From Heptranchias perlo (taxonomy: Eukaryota), in assembly GCF_035084215.1 (NCBI RefSeq), contig NC_090338.1, forward strand, positions 21,824,001 through 21,888,000: DNA of 64,000 nucleotides, in the 5' to 3' direction. Position 1 is the stretch's first letter. Each line of letters opens with the position of its first letter. Below, piece by piece: positions 13,011-25,795 of this stretch. The notes beneath the pieces are model-generated. The model searched no databases and was not told the DNA's origin. It worked only from the letters and a program-made list of their open reading frames with translations. The position numbers and the translations under genes are program-made.

Positions 13011-14029
13011 GATTTTGTTTGATTACCTTTGAGAATTAAGGGAGATAGTTTGCTAAAACTTTCTCTCAGGCGATTAATGGGTAGGTAAGAGCCCACGATA
13101 GTGTAATTTTACATGGCCTGTGGAAGAGGCTCAATGGGCCGTAATCATTTCAATCCCAGTGCTTTCTTATGTTTTGTGTTGGAAAATCAAAATCTAGGGT
13201 AAGGATGAAAAAGAAGAGAAAGACTGATTTATATAATTCCAAACTATTTCTTGTATAAAGCACCACTGCTCTTAAACGTCCTTCTTGAAAGGCAGAAAGA
13301 TGAAAAGATCATTAGAGAGGGGTGTGCAGGGAGAGATCAGATACAGAGAGCAGGAATGAGAGAGAGAGAGAAAGTGGTGGGTGCAGACTCTGGAGAGCCC
13401 TTGAGACATTCAGGTAACATGAATGACTAAGAGGAAGCAAGTCAGATTGTTGGCAAGATGCAGAAACTGGGAGAAGACCCTGGAGATTACAGACACAAAT
13501 AAGTGTTTAATAAAATAAAAAATCTGCATAGTTTGAGAAGCATGGGTTCACAAGTGGTTGCTTGTCATCAGATTGGAACTGAAAGATCAAGATGGTACAG
13601 CCAGAAAAATACTTTTTAAAAAATGGCCTGGTATTGCAGAACCTTCTCATTAGAATATTAAAAATGGAAAAATAAACCTGGATATTCTACCAACCCCCAC
13701 ACCACCCACCCAATAAAACAACATGGATGTGGTGAGATTAGACAGGAACTGACTCAGGATCCTGCTCCACTGTGCCTCCACCAATGTGTTTGTTTCTCAA
13801 CCCCCCCACACATACATTGGATGAAGTCATCCTGAGGCCTGCCAGACAACAAGCGATGATGTGCAAATAAGAATAGGATGATAGTGTGATGTCATCCACG
13901 AGATGCCCATTCTTCCAAAAGTCATGCACAAGATCCACCGATACAGAATGTACGGACCCAAGCTCTCAGGAAATAAGGTACAGTGGAAGCTAATGGAAGA
14001 CAGTAAACCTAAAGCTCTTTTTCACCAAG

Positions 14030-14410
14030 GTGAGATTTGTGGGGTTGTTCTCCTTAGAGCAGGGAAGGTTAAGGGGAGATTTGATAGAGGTGTTCAAAAT
14101 CATGAATGGTTTTGATGGAGTAAATAAAGAGGAACTATTTTCAGTGGCAGAAGGGTTGTTAACTAGAAGACACAGATTTAAGATAATTGGCAAAAGAACC
14201 AGAGGCGCGATGAGGAGAAATGATTTTACACAGCGAGTTGTTATGATCTGGAATGCAGATTCAATAATAACTTTCAAAAGTCATTGGATAAATACTTGAA
14301 AGGAAACAATTTATAGGGCTATTGGGAAAGGGCAGGGGAGTGGGACTAATTGGACAGGTCTACCAAAGAGCCGGCACAGGCACGATGGGCTGAATGTCTC
14401 ATTCTATGAT
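14030..14410 (+). mobile_element. CR1 LINE 3' fragment nested in the Harbinger fossil
   Basis: GLFSLEQGRLRGDLIEVFKIMNGFD..FTQRVVMIWN; tail attctatgatt. Confidence 0.9.
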
Positions 14411-14952
14411 TTTACCACTCTTACCTTCAATTTTCCGAGGAGCAATGCTTAAGACTCATTTCAAAAGGAAGTGCTCCATGAGTTATGCAGGATCCTGCAA
14501 CCAGACATGTAACCATCATCAATGAGTGCAACTGCTTTTAAGTGGAAGGGAAGGTATCCACAGTGCTGACATTTTATGTATCAAGATGATTCCAATTAAG
14601 TGCCAGTCTCTCTGCAGTATTTCACAGTCAGTGATCCATCAGGCAGGTGATTTATGCACTGCTCATTAGAGCTGGTCAGTTCATTTCATTCCTCATGGTT
14701 GCAGCTTCTCACCATGAGAAGATATTGGGATTTTTCAGGGTGGCAGGTTTGAATTAAGGGAAATATTTTGCTAAAACCAGGGTGTAAAGGGTACATATGT
14801 GGCCATCAGAGTGCCAGTGAAAGGAAGTGTAACATATCTTCACAGGAAGGAATATCTTTCATTAAATGTTCATCCAGTATGCGACAACAGGCATAAGGTA
14901 CTCTGTGTCAATGTGAGGTATCCTGGCAGTTGTCTTGATGCATTTATAATGA

Positions 14953-15082
14953 TATGGAGATGCCGGTGATGGACTGGGGTGGACAAATGTAAGGAATCTT
15001 ACAACACCAGGTTATAGTCCAACAGTTTTATTCAAATAAAACTGTTCGACTATAACCTGGTGTTGTAAGATTCCTTACATTT
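14953..15082. mobile_element. Fold-back mini-insertion derived from a Penelope-like element end
   Basis: 48-bp arms 14985-15032 and 15035-15082 with one mismatch; catttataatga duplicated at 14941 and 15078; homologous to 30981-31060. Confidence 0.8.
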
Positions 15083-17085
15083 ATAATGAGGCAGTCTTCT
15101 GTACCAGCTCTTTGTGTGAAAGAAAGATGGGTGTCCAGATGGCTTCTGGGAGATAAGGGTTACCCTTTCCAAACCTCGCTAATGATTCCAGCCATGATTC
15201 CTTGCAGTAATGATGAGGAGAGATTCAACATGGCCCATTCGGCCACCAGAGTCATATTAGAGTAGGCATTTGGAATACTAATCATAATAGAGCACCAGTT
15301 TGGAATGCTAAAGACACAATTCCTCCGTCTGGACAGGTTGAGTGACTAATCCTTCAGCCTGAGTAACCAGAGTTGTCATTGTCTGCTACGTTCTGTACAG
15401 TTATATACTGGAGATCAGAGTTCAACTACAGGAGGAGGAGGAGAAACCATCACGGGAAAGAGACGAAGGTGCAGCAGAGAGCAGGTGAATGTGGATGATC
15501 CGGAAAGACATTCTGTGCCTGGTCCAAGTAATGTCAGAGGTGTTTTGATAAGGGACACATTGTACTAGAAATAAATGACTCATCAGCATATTCATACAGA
15601 CACCCAGTATCTGCTCTTTCACAATCTCCCCACAACATTGTAATCACAAATGTTACATTTCTTACAATTCCCAATAACTAATTCCCAAAGTCTATTCCTC
15701 CTCCTTTCCCCAGTAGCTCATGAATGCCAAGGGAATAAAAGGTGAAAATTAGTGTCATTGATGGTGATAGACTTCTCCAGAAGACCAAACAGATGCAGCA
15801 CATTCTGGGAAACAGTCTGCAGTGCCTATACATGGGTTCAATACTCCATTATCATCCTTCATTTGCAAGCAGGGCCTATGTAATCTGACTCCCAAAGCTG
15901 CTCTGATGTCTGATGTCTCTGGACCCTCCGATCGGAAACATCATCATCATCTTCATCCCCTCACCCACCTTCTTAACACTTGTGCCCCTGGGTGCTTGTC
16001 TCTTGAGCTGATGCTTGGAAATGATGGGATGGATGATGGTGTGAATGATGGGCCTGGAAAGTGGATCGTGTAGCGCTCATTTTGAGGCGAAGAACGGGCA
16101 CTGAAGGGTCCAATATGGCGTACGCCGTGCATGCTGCCATTTGTTTTCTCAGGCGAACGGCAGCAAACCAGCAATCTTTAAAGGGACCGCTGGAGCCTGC
16201 AAAAAAAAAAGCACTTACGCGAATGTGGAGCCAGAAGGAGCAGGAGAGCTGCTTTCGGTTCCACATTAAAACTGCAGGTCTCTGCCAGTCATTGCGATTG
16301 GTGCATTGCCTCTTGTGGTGCGATTGGCAGCGTGCCAGTCGTGTCCTGATGATGCAAGAGGACCAATTTCGAGTGGTCCTCTTGCTCATCAGATTTGGAC
16401 TAGCAGTTCGTAGTTACCACTGGCTTCTCACCCAAACCAATTTCTAGGCTATGTGTGCCGGCAAGGTGGCAGCCAATGTGGGATGGCTCCGTTTCTTTCA
16501 TTTCATCAAGGGCATCTGGCTGGGTATGGCCTGTGTGTAGGACAGAGTGATAGAAATTAATGTGGCCATTAAACAGTGAGATAAAATGAATAATCCAGAG
16601 TACAATGCAATTACATAAACCTGTTGCTGCTACGTGCCCATCAATTTCTCCAACTCCAAATCATTCTGCCACCAGATGATATACAATGGCATGTGCCTCC
16701 TTTATCGGAGGTCAATTCACATTTATTTGCCAAACCTCCCGCTGTGGACTTCCTCTCCTTTGCTACTCCATCTTTCCTGTAACACAAAGACTGCCAATAT
16801 TATATGTCTGTCTCATTGTGCTCATGTGGGAATTCAGAAGGGGACCAAGTGATCATGCAAACTGTAATATAGAGAGGGCTGGCAGTGAACGTTTCATTTG
16901 GGTGCACGCAGGATGCTAGTGATTTTGCAACCTCTTGCCATTGAACTGACAACTGCGTATGAGCATTGGTGGTTCACAATGTCTGTACTGGAAGCACATG
17001 CAACACTGAGACATTGATTGTGCCAAGACCACCACAAACTTGGTTGTCCTGGCAAGATCTTCAGTGTGATGGGTGGCACACTTAC

Positions 17086-17322
17086 CTTGCCTATTCATAA
17101 TTTTTTTTCTGGCATTGAGTTGCTAATCTGAGGGTTGGGGAGGTGAAACTACCAACTTCAAGTACATCTAGTTCCTAAACCCTCACTACGGATTGAGATT
17201 TATCTCTTTCCTTGTGTGCCGAAGAATAATGCTCACTTTACCCTCATTGCTTCCATAAGTACCTCCATCTCAGTGTAGCTGAAGTTAGAGGCTCTCTTCG
17301 CTGCAGGCTTTCTGGCTGCCAT
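17086..17322 (-). pseudogene. Fossil Harbinger ORF2 (Myb/SANT-like) first exon
   Basis: MAARKPAAKRASNFSYTEMEVLMEAMRVK*ALFFGTQGKR.. then, after a frameshift, LRLATQCQKKNYE*A|gtaagt; convergent with the transposase; TIR-like ggaaatctaggcc at 17581-17593. Confidence 0.7.
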
Positions 17323-18920
17323 GACTTTTCAGCTCTTCCCCAATGCTTCAACTGCTGCCACATTTCCTTTAACCTGCTACAGGCCTTTAAGTCCTGTAGC
17401 AGTGTGACAGTGTCTGTCCCAAGGATGAACACAGTCAATCCCTGGTAGGTCTCCAATGGGAGGCCACCGAAAAATATGCTGATGAGCTACCTTCAGGAAA
17501 TCCTTTGGGGTTAGCAGCAAGGCCATTGGAAGAGCAGAAGTGCACATACACTGCATTTCTGCCAACAGAGTGTTGCATCAGGAAATCTAGGCCAATGTTT
17601 CTCAATAGAGTACTGGACTCTCAGCTGAAGAAACATGTGTTTGAATTCCAATCATGGTTGCTTCTCACACTTGAGCTTCACTAGAGTGCCAGTTTTGGCC
17701 TTGTTACTTTGTTAAGGGGTGAAGGGGATGAAAAACTGCTGAGTTGAGTAAAATAGGGAATCCATGTCACATCTCCTGAAACTCATTTCCTGGCTGTAAC
17801 TGTGCAGTGGCTTAGTGCCCATTCACGAATTTTTAGGGTGGGCCAAAATGCCCTGGATGAGCAAATGTATTGTTGAGGGGAAACTAGAGGAGGAGAATTC
17901 AAGAAAGAAAATTAAAATATCCAGGAGATGGAAGTATCACAACAAGTTGGAGATGCAGACAAATTCTGTTAAAAGTAAGTTTAATTAGCCGGGAAGCCAT
18001 CTTCGCTCATATCTGCAATGCCTAGTTCCACTGCTACTGACTGATCCTCGAACTGATCTCTGGGGATACATTACTTCTACACTAAGCTTTTAAATAAAGA
18101 ATCCTCTCAGTGCTGTAACTTTCTAAAGGCATAGTAAACTCTATTTGGATAGATAGTCAAGCATCTCACTCAGACAATCTCAGCTTTTTTACCACTGCAG
18201 TCTGTATAACGGAACTGAAGAAAACTCTCTCTGACAAGGAACCGATTCCATGACTCAATGGTGTAGTCCTAACCAGAGGAATTTGGGGAAATCAATATTC
18301 AGACTGGCTTTTCAGTGAAACTTGCTGCTCTCAGGATTGCATGCTGCTCATTCCTGCTTGATAAGAACACTTGACCACATTTTCCATATTTCTGCTATTT
18401 CACAATCACCAAATGAAATTAGAGCCTCAAAAATACATCTTGATGCACTGAAATAAAAAAAATGCTCAAATTTATCCAGTCAGCTTTGCTAATGAAAATG
18501 AAAATCAGGTTTCATATTGAGGTACCAGTACATAAGGCACTGCATACATGAAAATGCAAGTCTGTAATAACCATGGATTTTTAAAATTTGTTTTCAGGAT
18601 GCCCCTTCCTAGGTGCCCTGAGAACTGCAGGTTTGTATTGATAACTGAGTGGCTTGCAAGATTACTTCAGAGGGGCATTAACAAACAGTCACATATTGTG
18701 CAATTGGTATCACATGGAGGTGATAGATTCCTTTAGTAAGCCAATGAAATTTTTATGATGGCCCAGCAGCTTTCATCGTCTTTTTTTTCTGGTGTATTTT
18801 ATTTATTTATTAATTTCAATTTCACAACTTGCCATGGTGATATTTGAACTCCGACCTCTAAGTCTAGCACTAGAGGCACTACACTACTATATCCTTATAT
18901 TCTATCTGCTTCAGTTACAA

Positions 18921-19050
18921 TACAACAGCTTGCATTTCTGTAGCACCTATTAGGTACAAAGAAACATCCCAGGGCACTTTACAAGGTGGTGGATAGCAAC
19001 TTGGATACTGAGCAGGGAGACAAAGGAAAGGGGATCAGGTGTAAGCAAAA
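18921..19050 (-). mobile_element. L2-type 3' tail fragment
   Basis: caacagcttgcatttctgtagcacct..catcccagggcactttaca. Confidence 0.6.
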
Positions 19051-19053
19051 GCT

Positions 19054-19728
19054 AAGAACATAAGAACATAAGAAATAAGAGCAGAACCAGACCATCCGGC
19101 CCCTTGAGCCTGCTCCGCCATTCAACAAGATCATGGCTGATCTTCTACCTCAACCCCATTTTTCTGCACCATCCCCATATCCCTTGATGCTTTTAATATC
19201 TAGAAATCTATCAATCTCTGTTTTGAATGTACTCAATGTCTGAGCCTCCACAGCCCTCTGGTGTAGAGAATTCCAAAGATTCACCACCCTCTGAGTGAAG
19301 AAATTTCTCCTCATCTCAGTCCTAAATGGCCTACCCCTTATTCTGAGACTGTGACCCCTGGTTCTCGACTTACCAGCCAGGGGAAACATCTCCTTGCATC
19401 TATCCTGTTGAGCCCTGTAAGAATTTTGTATGTTACAATGAGATCACCTCTCATTCTTCTAAACTCTGGAGAATACAGGCCTAGTCTACTCAATCGCTCC
19501 TCATACGACAATCCCGCCATCCCAGGAATCAGTCTGGTGAACCCTTGTTGCGCTCCCTCTATGGCAAGTATATCCTTTCTTAGGTAAGGAGACCAAAATT
19601 GTACACAATACTCCAGGTGTGGTCTCACCGAGGCCCTATATAATTGCAGTAAGACATCTTTACTCCTGTACTCAAATCCTCTTGTAATAAAGGCCAACAA
19701 ACATTTGCCTTCCTAATTGCTTGCTGCC
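19054..19728 (-). mobile_element. CR1 LINE 3' fragment
   Basis: LLQLYRASVRPHLEYCVQFWSPYLRKD..EFRRMRGDLI and RTRGHSLRIRGRPFRTEMRRNFFTQRVVNLWNSL; (aagaacat)n tail. Confidence 0.95.
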
Positions 19729-20907
19729 ATGGTATTATAATGACAGGCCAGTCCTCTCGTGCTAAGCCTGCTGTCAACTTTTGCATTCCTTCTCTCCCCA
19801 TCAGTTATTACTCACTGATGAACTCCAGCAAGATCCCTCACTGTTACAACCTCAGCAAAGCTACTTATCAGTATCATATAGAATAACTCATTCACATCCC
19901 TGTTTTGCAATAGAAACACATGCTGAATATGCTTGGAAATAAGCAACAGCTTAGCAGTTTACGATGCCACCTTAGTATTTCAATGATTTGCAGCCATGTA
20001 ACACACTCCTTCGAGTTTGCTATCCCAGGTACACATTTACATATTGTGCGATTTTTGTCTGAAATGTATTGCAACAGAATTAAAGAGCAGCTAGTTCTAC
20101 AAAGTGACAGCTGGAAGCAAAGGCCAGTTGCCATTAGAACTGGATTTTAACTCCTACCCACTGTGCACAGAGGTTGCTATTACTGCAACCTCTGCTATCG
20201 TTCCCACTTGGAAGCCACGCATAGTCCACACCCAGGAGATTCTTATTTCAATTTTAATTAGTTCTCAACAGAACTATAAATAATATAAACATACGGGATT
20301 ATAAGCCTGAGAGCACCACAGTGGAGGAAGAAAAAAATAGAAAAGCAGCATAATCCCTTCTCAAGTATGGGGACTAGTTATTTATCAAATGTAATTTTTT
20401 TTTAATTAAATCAGAAATCATTTGCGTTATATCTTTAAAAATAGCTCTGCATGAAGGGAATGAAAATTTTCATATCGTTAATTTTAATAAAGTTTGGCAT
20501 AAATATAAAAAGAAATACCATTTTGTACTCATACTGACATTTTCCACTGAAGTTGTCGAGTTTCATTTTCTAAATATTGAAAACTTGATGCTACATTGAT
20601 TTTTACAGCCATTCTCCCACAGAGTGAGCAAATCAGAGAGAGGACCTTCCCAGGTGGTTCTCGTGCATCTCTGCGTGGCCATGTGTAAAGCTGCCGGAGG
20701 CAGTCTCTAGAGCGGTCTCTCACCTGGGAGAGCAGGAAGACTGAAAAGTGGAAAAATAATGAAGTAATTTACAAAGAAAATCAACACAATACTCCCATCT
20801 TTAATCACACCACTTAAAAAGTAACTGTAAAACAGTTATTAATTTAGTCTGAATAGTCAGCAATGTATTTCCAGTAATAATTTTCCATTTTCAATCAGCT
20901 CTACTTA

Positions 20908-21358
20908 GGCAGTAGCTGTGGCTCAGTGGTAGCTTTTAAAATGCTGTTCTGGTCCGGCCATAGATAGAGACTTGAGCACTAAATCCAGGCTGACACTTCA
21001 GTGCAGTAGTGAGGGAATGCTGCACTGTCAGGGTTGCCGTCTTTCAGATGGGACGTTAAACTGAGGCCCTGTCTGCCCTCTCAGGTGGACATAAAAGATC
21101 CCACGGCACTATTTTGAAGAAGAGCAGGGGAGTTCTCCCCGGTGTCCTGGCAAATTATTATCCCTCAACCAACATTACTAAAAATCAGATGATCTGGTCA
21201 TTATCACATTGCTGTATGGATTCTTGATGAGTGCAAATTGGCTGCCCTGTTTCCTACGTTACAACAGTGACTACACTTCAAAAAGTACTTTGGCTGTAAA
21301 GCGCTTAGGGACGTCCTGAGATCGTGAAAGGCTACATAAATGGGAGTTTTTCTTTCTT
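20908..21358 (+). mobile_element. DeuSINE-type SINE (SacSINE1/AmnSINE1-like)
   Basis: A-box tggctcagtgg; central gtgcagtagtgagggaatgctgcactgtc..gtctttcagatgggacgttaaac..aaaagatcccacggcacta; L2-like tail gtaaagcgcttagggacgtcctgagatcgtgaaagg. Confidence 0.85.
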
Positions 21359-23477
21359 TAAAAGTGCAGAAAGCACTGCTCATGACTTACAACATGAGGA
21401 ATGCTATTACTTTGCATAATGGAACAGTTGAGTGGAGTTGCTTTGAGGACGGTTGTTGAGCTGTGACGGGTCCACTCGTGGGTCAAAATCTAACCCACTG
21501 GAATTACTTTTATCAGTGCGGCTGGATTTTTCTCTTTTTCTAACCAATCTTCACCATGCATACTTACCAAAATTCAGGACCATCCCATTTATCAGTAGTA
21601 TGTTTGTTCCGTGAATACAAAAGAGGAGTGCTTTCTTGGAACAGAATGAAACAACGTGTCGATTTAGCAATCTGGATCTGCATCTTAAAAGTAGCATCTG
21701 GCCTATAATGTTGACTGTTGTTCTGGTCTCTCTACAAGTACAAGTGGAATTTAAGACCAATTCCATTCTTGACCATGTGTTTTGTCTTGCTGGAAGCTGC
21801 GCTCCCACTGGCTGTACCTTGCTGTACCTGCAAAGGCAATCGATAGGAGTGGTAATATCTTCCCAACATCACTAAAACTCATTCAATTGTTAGAGTAATG
21901 GAAAACAAGGGTTATGCCAGAGAGAACAGCTGGTAAGAGCAGATAAATCCTCAACAGCTGTTCTTAACTGTTTTTTCGTTGGGTCTTGACAGACTGGGAG
22001 AGATATACACTTATTATGTGAGCTTAGTGCCCTTCAAAGTCTGAAAAGCTTATATCAGTAAATACTGCCTTTTTTTGCACAGTATCTGGAGTTTGCATTA
22101 GGACAGTGGGGAGGAGCCCTCTGACCACTGCAAGTGAATCTTGCTCTATTAAGTGCTATTTTAATGGCTATATTTTAACAGGGCACTACACATAAAATCT
22201 TGCTTCTTCAGGGACAATTGTTGAGCAAGACTCAGTTCAGGCTGCAACTTGCTCAAAAAAGATTGCTGATTCTCAATAGAAAATGCTCTTGTAGTAAAAT
22301 TCCACTCTCAAAGCACTAGAAAAGATTTCTTTAGAACTATATTTTTTTATGTTAAAGGCGCTACATAAATGCAAGCTGTTGTTGTGGAAAGCTGGGAATT
22401 AGAGGCTGCAACATATTTCCTGAACTTGGCTGAATTTTGAGGTTATCTGTAAAGTGGGTTATAGCCTTATTAAAAAAAAATCAGCCATGGTTTATTCTCT
22501 ATGTATCATGAACCAGCGGTGAAGATGACACAGTTCTGAATACCCGCAAGACAGAACAAATTGAAACTGCCTCTCATCAATTATATTAAAACGAGGTTCA
22601 TGGGAATAACTTGGTAACCACTTCCAAGTATCCATTAATCTCCATGTAACATACACAAGACTTGCTGAAATGTGTTTTTTCTATGGTACCATGACCATAC
22701 ATGGGAAAAGTAAATGAGCTAAATAGCAAATTGGAACTGGTAATGGAGGGAGGAGATTTGCTGGCAGTCTGAGTACAACAGCATGGGATGGATTGGCTAT
22801 TCCTGTATTGTGACATCTTAACTGAAGTGATATCTGAGAATTTTGCCCATTTATCGTGAAGTGTAATGTGTACTTTGTGACTAGTGGATTGTTTTTCAGA
22901 GATGGGAAGGGCAAGTGTCTTCTGTGGTGATCACATGTATCGTTATGGTTGCAATTGAACTTTAATACTGCCCGGCAGTGGATAATATTTTTTTAAAAAG
23001 GCTAACAACATCCTCAAACAGTCAACACTGCCACTTTGGCATATGGATTCCAAGTATCTTGGCTATCCCATCGCACAGTTGATTTTAACACCATCATAAT
23101 TTATATTTTTATTTAAAAGAATAAATACAATGATTTGTAACATTTCTGACATGCAACAATTTTTTTTAACTCAGCTGCTTTCGTGGAACACAACTCCTTT
23201 AACATGTGCCCTGGCTTTTGCTGTTTCCCAATTTATTTTTTATTTGTGAGTCTTCTCTCTTTGCTCTGCTCCAACTGCAGTCAGGGGAACATAATGCCTT
23301 TTCCATGGAATTCTATATGGGCTCACTTTGACTGATTAAAAAAACATGCTGTTCAGTGGGGAAGAAGAGGGAGAGCTATTCCTAGTTATTCTTCTCTCCC
23401 CTAATTCAAAGCACTCTTCTGCTGTGCCTTACTCTGAGCAGTGAAATTCTTTTTCAGTGGAAGGATTTGATAATGAA

Positions 23478-23710
23478 TGTTGGTCCAGATCCACCAACTG
23501 CTTGTTAATTGTATGATTTGTATCAATTGGAGTTAATTGTATTCAGGTGGTGGGCATCGATTGGGGACTCTCTTGGATCCTTTTTATAGGAGAGCTTAGC
23601 GAGGGTGTGGGTTGTGCAAGAAGAAATTCTGTGAATAAAGGCTGGAAAGCATCTAAAGACCGGGCTGTAGTATTTGTTCCTTCACCACATGGCTATCCAG
23701 TTTTTAAACA
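23478..23710 (+). mobile_element. Possible solo LTR
   Basis: TGTT...AACA termini, TATA-like ttttata (~23583) and aataaa (~23634); no clear target-site duplication. Confidence 0.45.
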
Positions 23711-24149
23711 CCACTGAACGTGAATCTAGTGTGTGACCTTTAGGTGATTGAGGCTATGTGGCACAGTAATAATACAATATGAGATCAAAAAATTTAGGAA
23801 AGAAAATGTGGTGTGGATAATAATAGACCTTATTCTAATGGTAATAGTAAAAGTGAATTGGTTAAATGATCAATCACTTAAGGCAAGATAAAGTTAACAT
23901 GCCAATCACTTTACTTGTGGAAAATGGGTCTCAAGATAGCCAAAACATAACAGCAAGGCTGTACATATGAAGCAACACAGATGTGAGGCCTGTTATCAAG
24001 AGTTTGAAAATATGGAGATGCAGAGCAGCAAAGGTGCAACAAGAAAATCATAGATTTGCCAGCAAGGTCGATTAAAAAGCTAAAGCAGCCAGGTTGACAG
24101 CTGTAGAGACCCAAGTGACAGGAATAACAATTGGTGGAGCTGAAACAGT

Positions 24150-24480
24150 CAGTAAAGAGAGTGGAATGCCAAAAAAGGGCAGGTGGAGGTAAAAAATGTC
24201 AAGGAAGGGGCAGTTTGAGAAACATACTAGGCATGAAGGGCAGCTGGAGATGAAGAAATAGCCATGAAAAGGCAGTTGGATCCAGAAAAAGACCAGGAAG
24301 GGACAGCTGGGAAAGACATTGGACATGAAAGTTAGCTGGGACTTAGAAAATAGCCAGGAGGAAGCAGCTGGATTCAAGAAATGGCCAGGAAGAGGCAACT
24401 GGGAACATATACTGGGCATAAAGGTAGCAGAACTTAGAAAATCCATGAAGGAACATCTGGAGAACTGCAGTGGAGAGGAA
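24150..24480. repeat. Degenerate purine-rich ~30-bp tandem repeat
   Basis: Units like ggcagctggagatgaagaaatagccatgaa. Confidence 0.7.
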
Positions 24481-24924
24481 AGTATAAATAGATAAAAAGC
24501 AACACCAGTCGGGACAGGCATTAAGGCCTTGTTTTGTCTTGTATTTAGTGCCTGGAGGGACAGGTATGCAAGCAAAAATTATTTTGCTGTTAATTTGGTC
24601 GTAAGTACATTTCTTGCTGTAAATGTACACAATTCATCTGTGGAAAAAATTGAAACCATAGTAAATTGATTTGAACTCTTAATTAGGCAGAATCACTGCC
24701 ATACATGAGATTCCAGACTAATTACTTCCGCAGTCTAAAGTTGGTGTTAACATTACCTAATCTCAAATTCTGAGGTCAGAACACCTTTCACCTTTCAGCT
24801 GGGAGCTTTCAAACAGCGGTGATTTCACAGCTCTGCTACACTGAAGGTATTATTAGAAGATGCCAGTGAACACATAGGAAGGAGTAAGGAGCAACATGTG
24901 TACGTGATGAAATGATGTTGTAAT

Positions 24925-25390
24925 AACTAAGGATGTAAGAGACCTAGAAGTCTTAGTTGCCTCAATGCTCACCATATCCAGCCAATGCAGAGTAACAATC
25001 AACAAAACCAATATAACGTTGAACTATATTGCCAATACAGTAGAATACAAGTCAGAGGAAGTCGTGGTCAAACTGTACAGTGCACTGGTCAGACCACACA
25101 TTGAGTACTGTGTCTGCTTCTGATCATCGAGAAACAAGGGAGATGTTCAAGTGCTGGAGGCAGTGCAGAGGAGAGCCACAAGGCTGATCCGTAGTATCAG
25201 GGGTCTGAATTATAAAGAAAGACTGGAGAGACTTGGGCTTTTCAACCCGCAAAGGAGAGATGTCTGAGAGGTGATCTTACAGGGGTATTTACGATAGTAA
25301 ATGGTACGGAAAAGAATAGTCCAGAATACTACTTTAAATTAAACAGTGGGAGTAGGACAAGGCGACACGGGTTCAAACTGGAAAAAGGTA
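24925..25390 (+). mobile_element. Old CR1 fragment
   Basis: EYKSEEVVVKLYSALVRPHIEYCVCF* and VLEAVQRRATRLI, with RTRRHGFKL. Confidence 0.85.
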
Positions 25391-25795
25391 ATTACGATGG
25401 ACCAAATGGCTTTCCTCATCTATAAGTATCTGGTGATCTTGGGAATGCTAGCAGTCTTCATTAGGCATTGAACCTACAGGTGCACTGGCACCTGGAGGTA
25501 TCTGGAAGCTGGCCATCAGACTGCAGTTCCTGCTCAGTGGCCACAGGCTGTAACACTATTGTGAGCACTTCATGTCAATCAGATGCAGGTTGTTGTTAAT
25601 CAGCCATCAGATTATGGAGCAGTGTTAAAACCAAATGGAAGGGGCCGTTCACACCATTTGAAACATATAAAGTATATTTTAAAGCCTCAGAAACTACCGG
25701 GATCTTGTCCTTAACAAAATAGGAGTCCAGTCATGTGCTTTCCATGCAACCAGCAACAATATATCAATATTTGGTCAGCCAGAACATACCAACGT

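Larger units (their letters stand above)
13900..15480 (+). pseudogene. Fossil PIF/Harbinger transposase (HARBI1-like DDE), interrupted by CR1 and a Penelope hairpin
   Basis: Ordered motifs: RMYGPKLS (13945) / SYLQFSEEQCL / KVSTVLTFY / TYVAIRVP / SLNVHPVCD / YPGSCLDAFIMRQS / WLLGDKGYP (15140) / EERFNMAHSATRVILE*AFGIL / FGMLKTQFLRLD; stops and frameshifts throughout. Confidence 0.88.

Noticed and set aside
15973-16447. Overlapping 128-138 aa ORFs
   Set aside because: They lie inside the fossil Harbinger, probably in decayed ORF2 sequence, and show no recognisable domain.
24072-24575. 167-aa hydrophobic ORF
   Set aside because: Antisense reading of a purine-rich tandem repeat.
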